A DNA stretch of 64,000 nucleotides from Hyphomonas sp. (GCF_018402285.1 NZ_JAGYJH010000001.1:83589-147588); one strand, 5' to 3'. Numbered from the stretch's first letter, positions 34,611 through 44,891 are shown. The notes: generated from the sequence alone by a model not told the origin. Numbers and translations are program-made.

Positions 34611-35474
34611 TCAGTTGCCGATCTCGGCGGAGGCCTGCCCCATCATGACCTGTGCCACTGCAATGACATCCTGAACAGGCTGGGCCTGCGGATCAATTGA
34701 CATCAGCGTCTTCTGACAACGGATGGCATCGCGCACCTTGGCATCGCGCATGACGGTCCCCGCAAGGCGCGGCCGGAAACCGAGGAAAGTCTGGCAGGCC
34801 CGCGCAATGGCTTCATAGGTGCGCTGTCCGGCGGCGCGCGTATCTGCCTGATTGATGCAGACCAGCGGCTCGACCGACGGCGCATAGCCGCGCAGAACCT
34901 TGATGAAGGCGTAGGCATCGGTCATCGAGGACGGATCATCCGTGATCACGATCAGCGCCTTGTCGCCCGAACGGGCCAGACGCATGCAGTTGGCTTCGAT
35001 CCCCGCGCCAAGGTCGATCACGACATGATCATACTGAAGCGCCAGAGCCGACAGGCCTGCGGCCAGGCGAGCTACTTCTTCGGTCGGCAGTTCGGCCAGC
35101 GCGCCCGAGCCCGAGCGTCCGGGCAGAACATCAAAGCCGCCATGGCCGGCGCCGCCATCAATCGGCGTCACAGCATCTTCCAGCTCAACCCAGCCAGCGA
35201 CAACAGCCGCAAGATCGGTCTCCGGCGCGATGCCCAGCTGAACGTCGACATTGGCAAGGCCAAGGTCGCCGTCGACGAGCAGCACGCGGCGGCCGGACTG
35301 GGCCAGCGAGGAGGCCAGCGAAATGGAGACGAACGTCTTGCCAACGCCGCCCTTGCCACTGGCAACGGTGATAACCGAAGCAGGGGTAACCCGCGGCGGC
35401 GGGCGAACGGGGGGACGGTCCTGGGATCTGCGAACGGCAAAGCTCATGGGATCATGCAGCTCCTCTGAGGGCAA
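34611..35474 (-). CDS. flhG: MinD/ParA family ATPase, FlhG/FleN-like
   Basis: Deviant Walker A SGKGGVGKT. LVDGDLGLANVDV motif. Immediately downstream of, and overlapping, the flhF-like gene. Confidence 0.75.
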   Translation of the reverse strand: MPSEELHDPMSFAVRRSQDRPPVRPPPRVTPASVITVASGKGGVGKTFVSISLASSLAQSGRRVLLVDGDLGLANVDVQLGIAPETDLAAVVAGWVELEDAVTPIDGGAGHGGFDVLPGRSGSGALAELPTEEVARLAAGLSALALQYDHVVIDLGAGIEANCMRLARSGDKALIVITDDPSSMTDAYAFIKVLRGYAPSVEPLVCINQADTRAAGQRTYEAIARACQTFLGFRPRLAGTVMRDAKVRDAIRCQKTLMSIDPQAQPVQDVIAVAQVMMGQASAEIGN

Positions 35475-36462
35475 TCACGTCGCCGCGGGCATCTTCCATG
35501 AGAAGCGCAGCAAGACGTGACGGGGCAGCCGGAACAAGTCCGCCGCCAATGAAGGGCGTGATTGCCAGATGTGAGAAGGCGATTCCGGAAGACGTCAGGG
35601 CCGCAATGGCCCCGCCCCGGCGGCGCACAACATCAAGTTTCGTAAGGATCGCGCGGCGGACGCCGGCGCGGTGGAACGCCCGTGCCGATTCAGCCAGGTC
35701 GTCCGGATGCCCCTCCGCGGACAGCACAAGAACCGGCTCGGCGCGGATGGCGGCCACCAGATCGCCAAGGCTGGCTAGATCATCGCCCTCGAAGGGATTG
35801 ATCGCCGGAAGGTCGATTACACAACGGCGCCCTTCATTGCGCAGGGCACGCAACTCGCTGAACAGCGCATCGGGTGTTTCAGCAACGCGGATCTGGTCGC
35901 GCTCGCGCTCCAGATAGGCGGCGAGCTGTTCGCCCGCAGCAGAACCGTCGAGGTCTGCGGCAAGCGGCGTGATTTCAGTGCGGGCAACAGAGGCGCGGCG
36001 CGTCAGCTTGGCAGCCGTGGATGTCCGCCCGTGCCCGGGCGGACCAACAAGCAGAATGTCGCGGTCCATGCGCGCAGGGATCGGATCGCAGGTCACGAGG
36101 CGCGACAGGCCTTCTGCCATCGCTTCCTCAGGCGCGGAGAATTCTCCGGGGCGGCGCCCGGCGCCCTCGCTGGCCACGCGCTCGGCAAACCGTTGCGGCG
36201 CGCCATGCCAGAGCAGGGCATCACGGACCCGGGCAAAGATCGGATTGTCGACCCCGCGCCCATGGCCCAGATTGCGGGCATCCCGCAGGAAGACAGGTTC
36301 ATTGCTGGCAGCCGCAGCCCCGGCGCGATCGGTTGCCGCGCGAACCTCGACGCCGCCATCGACTTCCCGTTCGGACAGGATCACGGCATCTGCGCCCATC
36401 TCCGCAAAGATCATCGCCTTGGCAGCTTCCATCGATTCTGCAGCGAACATCTTCATGCGCAT
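35452..36462 (-). CDS. flhF: FlhF-like SRP-type GTPase homologue with degenerate G motifs
   Basis: FlhF-type N-terminus MRMKMFAAESMEAAKAMIFAEMGADAVILSEREVDGGVEV. GPPGHGRTST sits in place of GPTGVGKTTT. ILTKLD is retained. Confidence 0.75.
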   Translation of the reverse strand: MRMKMFAAESMEAAKAMIFAEMGADAVILSEREVDGGVEVRAATDRAGAAAASNEPVFLRDARNLGHGRGVDNPIFARVRDALLWHGAPQRFAERVASEGAGRRPGEFSAPEEAMAEGLSRLVTCDPIPARMDRDILLVGPPGHGRTSTAAKLTRRASVARTEITPLAADLDGSAAGEQLAAYLERERDQIRVAETPDALFSELRALRNEGRRCVIDLPAINPFEGDDLASLGDLVAAIRAEPVLVLSAEGHPDDLAESARAFHRAGVRRAILTKLDVVRRRGGAIAALTSSGIAFSHLAITPFIGGGLVPAAPSRLAALLMEDARGDVIALRGAA

Positions 36463-36687
36463 GGGCGTCTTGTCCTCGGATCACGCTGGTGCGGCAGGAA
36501 GAAGGTGATTCTCCGAAGCGCCGCGAACTTGTACTCATTGAAGCCGCGCAAAAGTTAATTTTGTCCGAAATTCCGTTAGGGTTTACAGGAAATTCAGAAA
36601 ACTCCGGCCTTTCGTGCAGGCAGGACACAAGGCTGGTCCCGCCGTCCCGGCGGCCTATCCTGAAACTGAGAAACGATAGGATCAGGC

Positions 36688-37089
36688 ATGCAGATTACAG
36701 AAATCCTTGCAGTTACTGGCCTCGGGCTCGGGGCGGCCATGGGCCTGGGCGCCCTCCTCGTGCCGGAATGGGCCTCCGGGGTCGTGCGCCTGAAGGCTGA
36801 TCCGGCCAAAGGCGGAGGCTATTCGGAGTTCCGCGCCACCTATGGCGGCCTGCTTTTGATGGTTCACGGCGTTGCGCTGGTCATCGTCCTGATGACACCG
36901 GCAGCAGGCTCGGTCCTGGTCGTCATGCCGATCGCCGCCGGTTGGCTGGGGGCAGCCATCGGGCGGACCGTGGCACTGATCTTCGACCGCGCCAGGCTCG
37001 GCAACGCGAAGATCATCCCGATCTGGATGGCGACGGAGGTGGGCCTCGCCCTTGCTATTGGCGCCCCGGTCCTGCAATTCCTCAGCTGA
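36688..37089 (+). CDS. Small membrane protein, function unknown
   Basis: 133 aa with four hydrophobic helices. Confidence 0.5.
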   Translation: MQITEILAVTGLGLGAAMGLGALLVPEWASGVVRLKADPAKGGGYSEFRATYGGLLLMVHGVALVIVLMTPAAGSVLVVMPIAAGWLGAAIGRTVALIFDRARLGNAKIIPIWMATEVGLALAIGAPVLQFLS

Positions 37090-37136
37090 AACCAGACCTT
37101 AGCCAGATCAAAGCCAGATCAAAGAAAGACATTGCC

Positions 37137-38050
37137 ATGACGGAGCGTCGCGAGACGGGCCGCCCGGCCCGGAAACCTTCCGGCCCAAAGCGGTCACCCC
37201 AACCCCGAAAACCTGCCGCTGTCCCTGCCGACTGGAGCGAGGGCGAACGGATCGCCAAATACCTCGCCCGGGCTGGCGTGGCGTCACGCCGGAGGTCGAA
37301 CGCCTCATCGAGGCGGGCGAAGTGACCGTAAATGGCCAGAAACTGTCGTCTCCCGCGTTCAAGGTGACGGGCAAGGAACTGATCAAGGTTGGCCGGAAGA
37401 CGATCCAGGCGCCCGACGCCAGCCGTCTCTGGCGCTATCACAAACCCTCTGGACTCATCACAACGACCAATGATCCCGCGGGCCGGCGGACGATCTTTGA
37501 CGAGCTTCCAAAATCCCTCCCCCGTACCGTGACCGTCGGACGGCTCGACCTGACAACCGAGGGCCTGCTGCTGCTGACCAATGACGGAGAGCTTGCGCGT
37601 TTCCTGGAGCTGCCGAAATCTGCTCTGGAGCGCACCTACCGTGTGCGCGCCAAGGGCACGGTCACCCAGCTCAAGATCGATGAACTGGCGAGCGGCATCA
37701 CGGTCGAGGGCGTCAAATATCAGCCGATCAGGGCTGTCTTTGATCGCGAGATGGGCGCCAACTCCTGGCTGACGGTCACTCTGACCGAAGGCAAGAACCG
37801 GGAAGTACGCAAAGCCCTGGAATCGGTCGGCCTGACCGTGAACCGGCTGATCCGGATCAGCTACGGCCCCTTCCTGCTGGCAGACCTGAAACCCGGGCAG
37901 GTCGATGAAGTTCCGCCCGACCTGCTGGAGACTGCCCTGGCCCAACTGGGGCACACGGTAGATTCTGCGCCGTCCAAGCCCGCCCCTGCCGCTAAGTCAC
38001 GCCTTGGCAGGCGAGGCCCTTCCGCTAGAGTAAAGGGGAAGCGGTCCTAG
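37137..38050 (+). pseudogene. rluB: 23S rRNA pseudouridine synthase RluB-like gene with a 1-nt frameshift in the S4 domain
   Basis: Frame A (ATG 37137) reads ..ERIAKYLARAGVASRR, then goes out of frame. Frame B from 37292 reads EVERLIEAGEVTVNGQKL...GRLDLTTEGLLLLTNDGEL, to the stop at 38050. The longest intact ORF is 37322..38050. Confidence 0.8.
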
Positions 38051-38081
38051 TCGCCGCAAATCCGCTCTGGAGGAAAATCCG

Positions 38082-39419
38082 ATGTCCAATACCGATGTGC
38101 TGGCGGTTCCGCCGGACACAAAGAAAGATCCTGCGCGCCGCATGAGCGAAGCGGCGGCGGCAACCTGCGAGCAGATCGTGACGCCAGCGGTCTATGCGGA
38201 TCAGCCGGTTCTGGACGCGGCCTTCAAGCGCCTGCGGGCGCAAGACCCGCTCGCCTGGTGTGAGCCGAAGGATTTCCGTCCTTTCTGGGCGGTCACCAAG
38301 CATGCCGACATCATGGAAATCTCGCGCCAGAACCAGTTGTTCACGAACGGCCAGCGCGAGATGCTGTCCTATCACGAGGCCGAGAAGGGCGTGTACGCCA
38401 AGTTCGGCCAGCCCCACCTCCTCAAGACGCTCGTTCAGCTGGACGATCCGCTGCACTTCAAACTGCGCCACCTGACCCAGGAATGGTTCATGCCGCAGAA
38501 CGTGAAAAAGCGCGACGACGCCATCCGCAGCATCGCCAAACACTATGTCGACCGGATGGAAGACCTGGGGGGTGAATGCGACTTCCAGCGCGACGTTGCG
38601 CTTTACTATCCGCTGCGCGTGATCATGCAGATCCTGGGTGTTCCGGAGTCGGACGAGCCGATGATGCTCAAGCTGACACAGGAGATTTTCGGCGCGCAGG
38701 ACGAAGACCTGATGCGCGACAAATCCCTCGCCGAAGAGCGCGATGTCGAGAAGGGGCTTGCCTCCATTCAGGCGACGCTTGCCGAGTTCTTCATGTATTT
38801 CACCTCGATCACGGCAGACCGCCGCGCAAACCCGAAAGATGATGTTTCCACGGTCATCGCCAACGGAATGGTCGACGGCGAACCGATCGGCCAGCTCGAA
38901 GCGATGAGCTACTACATCATCACGGCAGCCGCGGGCCACGACACGACCAGTGCCTCGACCGGTGGCGGCGTGCTGGCCATGCTGCAGAGCCCGCCGGAAC
39001 TGAAGAAGATGATGGATGACCCAAAAGGCATGTCGCGCACCGCGGTGGACGAGGCCATCCGCTGGACGACGCCGGTCAAGCATTTCATGCGCACCGCGCA
39101 GGAAGACTACACCCTCCGTGGCAAGAATATCCTCAAGGGTGAAAGCCTGCTGCTCTGCTACCCGTCCGGGAACCGCGACGAAGAAGTCTTCGACGACCCG
39201 TTCAGCTTCAAGGCTGACCGCTCGCCCAACAAGCTGATCTCGTTCGGCTATGGCGGGCACATGTGCCTCGGCATGCACCTCGCACGCCTCGAGATGCAGG
39301 CGATCTATGAGGAGCTCTTCAGCCGCGTGAAATCCATCGAACTTGCCGGCGAGCCGAGCTTTATCAAGGCCAACTTTGTCGGCGGCCCGAAATCCATCCC
39401 GGTGCGGTACAAGTTCTGA
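38082..39419 (+). CDS. Cytochrome P450
   Basis: Heme loop FGYGGHMCLGMHLA, I-helix AGHDTT, EXXR DEAIRW. 445 aa. GGAGGA RBS. Confidence 0.9.
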   Translation: MSNTDVLAVPPDTKKDPARRMSEAAAATCEQIVTPAVYADQPVLDAAFKRLRAQDPLAWCEPKDFRPFWAVTKHADIMEISRQNQLFTNGQREMLSYHEAEKGVYAKFGQPHLLKTLVQLDDPLHFKLRHLTQEWFMPQNVKKRDDAIRSIAKHYVDRMEDLGGECDFQRDVALYYPLRVIMQILGVPESDEPMMLKLTQEIFGAQDEDLMRDKSLAEERDVEKGLASIQATLAEFFMYFTSITADRRANPKDDVSTVIANGMVDGEPIGQLEAMSYYIITAAAGHDTTSASTGGGVLAMLQSPPELKKMMDDPKGMSRTAVDEAIRWTTPVKHFMRTAQEDYTLRGKNILKGESLLLCYPSGNRDEEVFDDPFSFKADRSPNKLISFGYGGHMCLGMHLARLEMQAIYEELFSRVKSIELAGEPSFIKANFVGGPKSIPVRYKF

Positions 39420-39487
39420 TGCCTGGGGGCGCTCCCGGGCGCCCCGCCCTGCCCCGCCTTTCCGAACAGAGACCGAGAGCCACGCCC

Positions 39488-40819
39488 ATGACCTTCACAA
39501 ATGTCACTGAAACCTATCAGGTCGAGAGCCCTCCCAAAGAGCCCAAATTCGGCAAGGCCTATGCTCTCAGTCCGCCCCAGGATCTTACCCAGCCGACTGT
39601 CTTCTCCGACCATGGCGGGTACACACACGAAGCCTTCGCCACCATGCGTGGCAAGGCGCCGGTCATGTGGCACCCTGAACAATACGGCGCAGGGTTCTGG
39701 GCGATCACCTCCTACGATCTCGTCAAGAAGGTGGAACTCGCGCCCGAGACGTTTTCGTCCCAGAAGGGCGGCATCCTGATGAATTACGGTATGGAGGGCA
39801 CGCCCCGCCATCCGCTGCTGCATTCATCTTCTCTCAACTCGCTGATCAATCTCGACCGGCCGTATCATACGCCTCTCCGCATGGAGCATATGGCCTATTT
39901 CCGGGCAGACTTCGTTGCTGAATTGAGGAAGCGGGTGGACGTGGAAGTCAACCGCCTCCTCGACACGATGGAAGCGCAAGGTCCGGTCATCGACATGGTG
40001 GAGATGTTCTCCGCCGAACTTCCTCTCTTCACGCTCTGCGAAATCCTTGGCGTTCCGCCGGCAGACCGCCCGAAACTGGTCCACTGGATGCACTTCCTGG
40101 AGACTTCGCAGTACCAGGCTCAGCAGGAAGGCCTCGGCAACGTCTCGCCCGAGCAGATCATGACGTTCATGACCGAAATCCAGGCGATGTTTGAATATGG
40201 CCGCTACCTGCTGGAAGAGCGCCGGAAAAATCCGCAGCCCGATCTTCTCTCGGCAATTGCCAATGTCCAGATCGATGGCAAGCCGCTGTCGCCCGAATTC
40301 CTTGATGGCTCGTGGTTGCTGATCGTTTTTGCCGGCAATGACACGACCCGCAACTCCCTCTCCGGCACGATGCGCCTCCTGACGGAATATCCGGAGCTGC
40401 GCGAGCAGCTGAAAGAAAAGCCTGAGCGCTTCCCCAACTTCGTCAACGAAGCCATCCGCATGGTAACGCCTGTAACCTATATGCGCCGCACCGCCACGCA
40501 GGACACAGAGCTTGGCGACCAGAAGATCGCTGAAGGCGAGAAGATCGTCATGTATTATGCAGCCGCCAACCGCGACCCGGCAAAGTTTGAAAATCCTGAC
40601 CGGTTCGATATCGACCGCGCCAACGCCAGGGAGCACCTTGCCTTCGGCCATGGACCACACGTTTGCCTTGGCCAGCGCGTTGCCAACATGCAGCTGGAGT
40701 CAGCTTACCGGCATATTCTCTCGCGCTTTCCGAATGTCCGCTGGACCGGTGAACAGACGATTGCACCCAACAACTTCGTACACGCCATTTCTTCCCTCAT
40801 GGTGGACCTTGGCAAATGA
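39488..40819 (+). CDS. Cytochrome P450
   Basis: Heme loop [15 protein letters not shown]-helix FAGNDTT, EXXR NEAIRM. 443 aa from ATG 39488. Confidence 0.9.
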   Translation: MTFTNVTETYQVESPPKEPKFGKAYALSPPQDLTQPTVFSDHGGYTHEAFATMRGKAPVMWHPEQYGAGFWAITSYDLVKKVELAPETFSSQKGGILMNYGMEGTPRHPLLHSSSLNSLINLDRPYHTPLRMEHMAYFRADFVAELRKRVDVEVNRLLDTMEAQGPVIDMVEMFSAELPLFTLCEILGVPPADRPKLVHWMHFLETSQYQAQQEGLGNVSPEQIMTFMTEIQAMFEYGRYLLEERRKNPQPDLLSAIANVQIDGKPLSPEFLDGSWLLIVFAGNDTTRNSLSGTMRLLTEYPELREQLKEKPERFPNFVNEAIRMVTPVTYMRRTATQDTELGDQKIAEGEKIVMYYAAANRDPAKFENPDRFDIDRANAREHLAFGHGPHVCLGQRVANMQLESAYRHILSRFPNVRWTGEQTIAPNNFVHAISSLMVDLGK

Positions 40820-41559
40820 CCACTGTCCTGCGCGAAGACCGGGACGGCCTTGCCGTCCTGACGCTTAACCGGCCCGACAAGCTGAACGCCCTCACCGTCG
40901 GCATGTTTGCAGAGCTGCGCGCGCATGTGACGGCGCTCTACAAGGACGACACCATCGGCTGCGTCGTTCTGCGCGGCGCAGGCAAGTGCTTCTCGGCAGG
41001 CCACGATCTTGCCGATATTGCCGAAGGCGAGAAAGTGCCCTCGCGCGGCTGGCATTCTGAAACCTTGCGCATGATGGAGCGCCTGCCCAAGCCGGTGATC
41101 GCAGCTGTGCACGGGCATTGCTATACCGGGGCGCTGGAAGTGGCGCTGGCGGCAGATTTCATCATTGCCGCCGAAAGCGCAAAGTTTGGCGATACGCATG
41201 CAAAATGGGCGCTCACTCCGATCTGGGGCATGAGCCAGCGCCTGCCCCGGCGCGTCGGCATTGCCACGGCAAAGCGCCTGATGTTTACGGCCGAAATGAT
41301 CAGGGCGGATGAAGCCTTCCGGATCGGTCTTGCAGAAAAGGTTGTTCCGGACGCTGATTTCGATGCCGAGATCGACAAGCTCGCCCGGCAGATCCTCGCC
41401 AACTCGCCCTTCAGCCATGCCGCCAACAAGCGCCTGCTGGAAGCAACTGACGCGCGGGATATGGACAGCGGCCTGCAATGGGAAATACTTAACAATGAGG
41501 GCGTAGGCCCTGACATGCAGGCTCGCATCGGCGCATTCATGGGGAAAGGCCGAAGCTGA
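40816..41559 (+). CDS. Enoyl-CoA hydratase/isomerase family protein
   Basis: LNRPDKLNAL, GAGKCFSAGHDL and GALEVALAAD motifs. ATGA overlap with the preceding P450 gene. Confidence 0.85.
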   Translation: MTTVLREDRDGLAVLTLNRPDKLNALTVGMFAELRAHVTALYKDDTIGCVVLRGAGKCFSAGHDLADIAEGEKVPSRGWHSETLRMMERLPKPVIAAVHGHCYTGALEVALAADFIIAAESAKFGDTHAKWALTPIWGMSQRLPRRVGIATAKRLMFTAEMIRADEAFRIGLAEKVVPDADFDAEIDKLARQILANSPFSHAANKRLLEATDARDMDSGLQWEILNNEGVGPDMQARIGAFMGKGRS

Positions 41560-41580
41560 GCTCCAAAAAGGGGACTGAAC

Positions 41581-42651
41581 TTGGCTGACTTTCTGATCCG
41601 GCGCGGCAATCTGCGCGACACTTCCTGGACCCATACACCGCTGCCTGCGCTGGCAGAGGGGAAGGCGCGGCTGAAGGTCGATGCCTTCGCGCTGACGGCC
41701 AACAATGTCACCTATGCCAGCTTTGGCGAGGCGATGGGCTACTGGAACTTTTTCCCAGCCGCTGACCCGGCCTTTGGCCGCGTGCCGGTCTGGGGCTTTG
41801 CCACCGTCACCGAGTCAAAGGCCGATGGTGTGGCGCCCGGCGCGCGCGTCTATGGCTACCTGCCGATCTCGGATGAATTTGACATTCAGCCCGTGCGCGT
41901 CAGCCAGACCAGCTGCATGGACGGCGCCGCGCACCGCCAGGGCCTCGCCCCGATCTACAATACCTACATCTTCAACGCCGCTGACCCGTCTTACAATCCT
42001 GCCTTTGAAGCTCAGCAGATGCTGTTCCGTCCGCTGTTCACCACGGGCTGGATGATCGACGACTGCCTTATGGAAGCGGGCACGGACATTCCCGAAACGG
42101 TGGTGATTTCCTCTGCCTCATCCAAGACAGCGCTGGCACTTGCCCATTGCCTGAAGCAACGCGGCGCTGTGGAGGCCATCGGTCTGACCTCGCCAGCAAA
42201 CAAGGCCTATGTCGAAGCCTCCGGCCTCTATGCCCGGACGGTCACCTATGACGAGGTTGACCGGCTGCATGCGCGTGGCCTGACTGCCTATGTGGATTTT
42301 GTCGGGCGCCCTGCCCTGACGGCCGACATTCATCATGCGCTCAAGGACAGGTTGGTGCGCAGCCTGGTTATCGGCGTCACCGACTGGGAGGGCAACCGCG
42401 CGCCGGTAGAGGCACCCGGGCCGCAACCGGAATTCTTCTTTGTTCCGACCTATGCCGCCGCGCGGGCAAAAGCTCTTGGGGCTGATGAGCTGAATGCGCG
42501 CACGTCAAAGGCGCTTGCCGGGTTCTATGCCGCTTCGGAAAAATACCTGACCCCCAGCCATCTGCAGGGCCAAAGCGCGATTGAGACGGCCTGGCAGGAT
42601 ACTCTGGCCGCCAGGGTTGCCCCGTCAACTGGCCTGATCCTCAGCCTCTGA
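41581..42651 (+). CDS. DUF2855-like protein (MDR-related fold), function unknown
   Basis: TTG start. FALTANNVTYASFGEAMGYWNFFPA..GRVPVWGFA..GARVYGYLP pattern, as I recall it for DUF2855. 356 aa. Confidence 0.65.
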   Translation: MADFLIRRGNLRDTSWTHTPLPALAEGKARLKVDAFALTANNVTYASFGEAMGYWNFFPAADPAFGRVPVWGFATVTESKADGVAPGARVYGYLPISDEFDIQPVRVSQTSCMDGAAHRQGLAPIYNTYIFNAADPSYNPAFEAQQMLFRPLFTTGWMIDDCLMEAGTDIPETVVISSASSKTALALAHCLKQRGAVEAIGLTSPANKAYVEASGLYARTVTYDEVDRLHARGLTAYVDFVGRPALTADIHHALKDRLVRSLVIGVTDWEGNRAPVEAPGPQPEFFFVPTYAAARAKALGADELNARTSKALAGFYAASEKYLTPSHLQGQSAIETAWQDTLAARVAPSTGLILSL

Positions 42652-42655
42652 ACTG

Positions 42656-43513
42656 TCAGCGCGGCGTCACCTTGATCTCGGTACGGCGGTTGCGGGCATG
42701 GGCCTCTGCCGTCGAGCCGCTGTCAATGGGCTGTGTCTCGCCATAACCGACAGCTTTGATCGTATCCTCCGCAAGGCCCTTGCCAACAAGATAGTTGCGC
42801 AGGGCATCGGCGCGCTCCTGGGAAATCCGAAGGTTGTAGCCGTCCGCGCCGCGCGTATCCGAATGGACACCAATCTCAATCTCGAAGGCACGGCACAGCA
42901 TGGAAATGCCGCCCAGCGCGTCGACCAGCGGTAAACTGACAGGAGAGATTTCTCCCCGGATATTTCCGAACTGGATCGTGCGCCCGCTGAGCGTGGCATC
43001 AAAAGCCGCCTTGCAGCTCTCCGCTGTGGTCAGTTGACCGGCCAATGATGCGAGCGGAACACCGAGCCCCTGCTCGCCGCCTTCCACGGAAATCCCGTCG
43101 ACAATGATAAGGCCCGCAACGCCCGCGCGGGGGTGGCCTTCGATGGCCGCAAGACCGGCAGAAAGACCATAAGCCTTTGCATCTGCGTCAGGCGCGGTGC
43201 CGGTGATAATGGCAACCTGATCGCGGATCGTTACGCCGAGCCATTCGATGCCTGCAGCTTTCAGCCCGGTGTCGATTTCCTGCGCCCACAAGGCCGGATT
43301 GCTCGCGGCAAGCTCCGGCGGCGTCGTGCTGACCATGAGACGCCCGTCGCGCATTTCATACATGCCGTCCGCAATCGGCACACATTCGTCGCCATTTACC
43401 ATAGGCAGCGCTGGCGCCGTTTGCGGCTGAGACGGCGCCTCACCACAGGCGGCCAATGCCAGAATGGCGCTTGCCGGAAGCAAAAGGGAGCGGATAGCCA
43501 TGACTTTCCTCAT
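42656..43513 (-). CDS. OmpA-family lipoprotein
   Basis: Lipobox LALAACG. C-terminal OmpA domain HSDTRGADGYNLRISQERADALRNYLV..NRRTEI. Confidence 0.85.
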   Translation of the reverse strand: MRKVMAIRSLLLPASAILALAACGEAPSQPQTAPALPMVNGDECVPIADGMYEMRDGRLMVSTTPPELAASNPALWAQEIDTGLKAAGIEWLGVTIRDQVAIITGTAPDADAKAYGLSAGLAAIEGHPRAGVAGLIIVDGISVEGGEQGLGVPLASLAGQLTTAESCKAAFDATLSGRTIQFGNIRGEISPVSLPLVDALGGISMLCRAFEIEIGVHSDTRGADGYNLRISQERADALRNYLVGKGLAEDTIKAVGYGETQPIDSGSTAEAHARNRRTEIKVTPR

Positions 43514-43613
43514 ACTGGCAACACCCGAGAGCCAGGCTTTGCCGACTTGAACTCAACAAGCAGCGCAGCCGCCGCTGTCAAAACGGCGCCTGCCCTGCCC
43601 CCGCCCCTGCAAT

Positions 43614-44891
43614 TTACCTGCCGGACTTGTAGACCTCACCGCCCTTCATGACAAAGGCCACCTTTTCCAGTGCCCGGATGTCCTTCAGCGGGTCGGTGGT
43701 GACGGCTATGATGTCGGCGTATTTGCCTGTTTCCAGCGTGCCGATGTCATCAGACATCTCCAGATGCTCTGCGGCAACAACTGTCGCTGAGCGGATCGCC
43801 TCTTCTGGCGTGAAACCGGCTTCGACCATCAGGGCAAACTCCTGGGCGTTGTCGCCATGGCGGGAGACGCCGGTGTCGGTTCCAAAGGCAACATTGACGC
43901 CGCCTTCATGAGCCCTGCGCAGCATTTCGATCATCAGGGGCCCCACTTCAGCCGCCTTGGCGCGCGAGGCCGCCGGCAACCAGGGCTCGTTCGTCCAGCC
44001 GGTAACGGTAGCGCCCGCAAGCACCGTCGGCACCAGCGTTGCGCCATTGTCCCTGAACAGGGCGATCGAACCTGCATCGAGATAGGTGCCGTGTTCAATC
44101 GAATCGACGCCGGCACGCAGGGCGGCGTCGACACCGCTCTTGCCGTGGGCATGCGCCGTCACCTTGCGGCCCATGGAGTGGGCTGCGTCGACAATGGCGA
44201 CCAGCTCTTCATCCGTGAACTGCTGTTCGAGGCCGGCCGCTGTGTTGGAAAGGACCCCGCCGGTGGCTGTGATCTTGATGAGGTCAGCCCCCTCCTTGAT
44301 CTGCTGGCGCACCGCGCGACGGCAATCATCTGCGCCATTGCAGATGTTCGCGCCGGTGAAAGCCGCCATCACGCGCGCCGAGTAGCCGTTGATGTCGCCA
44401 TGCCCGCCGGTGACAGCGACGCTCGCGCCGGACGCGCGGAGCCGGGGCCCGGCGACTGCGCCGCGGGCGATGGCATCGCGAAGTCCGAAAATGGAATCGT
44501 TGGGCGCGCCCACATCCTGGACGGTCGTGAACCCGGCTTTCAGCGTGACCAGCGCAAACGCTGCGCCGTCAAACGCGGTGTCCACATCGGAATTCTCAAA
44601 CTCCTTGATGCGGCCGTCAGGGCCGTTTTCGCCGGTGATGTGAACATGGCTGTCGATGAGCCCTGGCAGCAGGTAAGCATCGCGCAGGTTGATGACCGTG
44701 TAGTCCCTGGGCTTGGAATAGCCTGCCGTGATGGAGACGATGCGTCCGTCCTCCACCAGAATAGTCTGGCGTGTCAGATAGCCCTCGCCGGGTTTTGCCA
44801 GAACATACCCTGCATGGATGACGGCGTCCTCAGCGGCAGAAGACGCCGCAAACATGAGCGCGCCGAGCGCAGCAGCTATTATTTTTTTCAA
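43614..44891 (-). CDS. Secreted amidohydrolase family protein (paralogue of 8430..9737)
   Basis: Signal peptide. LPGLIDSHVHI motif. Same motif order as the other copy. Confidence 0.85.
   Translation of the reverse strand: MKKIIAAALGALMFAASSAAEDAVIHAGYVLAKPGEGYLTRQTILVEDGRIVSITAGYSKPRDYTVINLRDAYLLPGLIDSHVHITGENGPDGRIKEFENSDVDTAFDGAAFALVTLKAGFTTVQDVGAPNDSIFGLRDAIARGAVAGPRLRASGASVAVTGGHGDINGYSARVMAAFTGANICNGADDCRRAVRQQIKEGADLIKITATGGVLSNTAAGLEQQFTDEELVAIVDAAHSMGRKVTAHAHGKSGVDAALRAGVDSIEHGTYLDAGSIALFRDNGATLVPTVLAGATVTGWTNEPWLPAASRAKAAEVGPLMIEMLRRAHEGGVNVAFGTDTGVSRHGDNAQEFALMVEAGFTPEEAIRSATVVAAEHLEMSDDIGTLETGKYADIIAVTTDPLKDIRALEKVAFVMKGGEVYKSGR

Noticed and set aside
37101-37122. An 11-bp tandem duplication AGCCAGATCAA x2 just upstream of the rluB-like start.
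   Set aside because: There are only two copies in a leader region, with no further copies seen in the window. It is most simply a slippage duplication, not a repeat family or CRISPR-like array.
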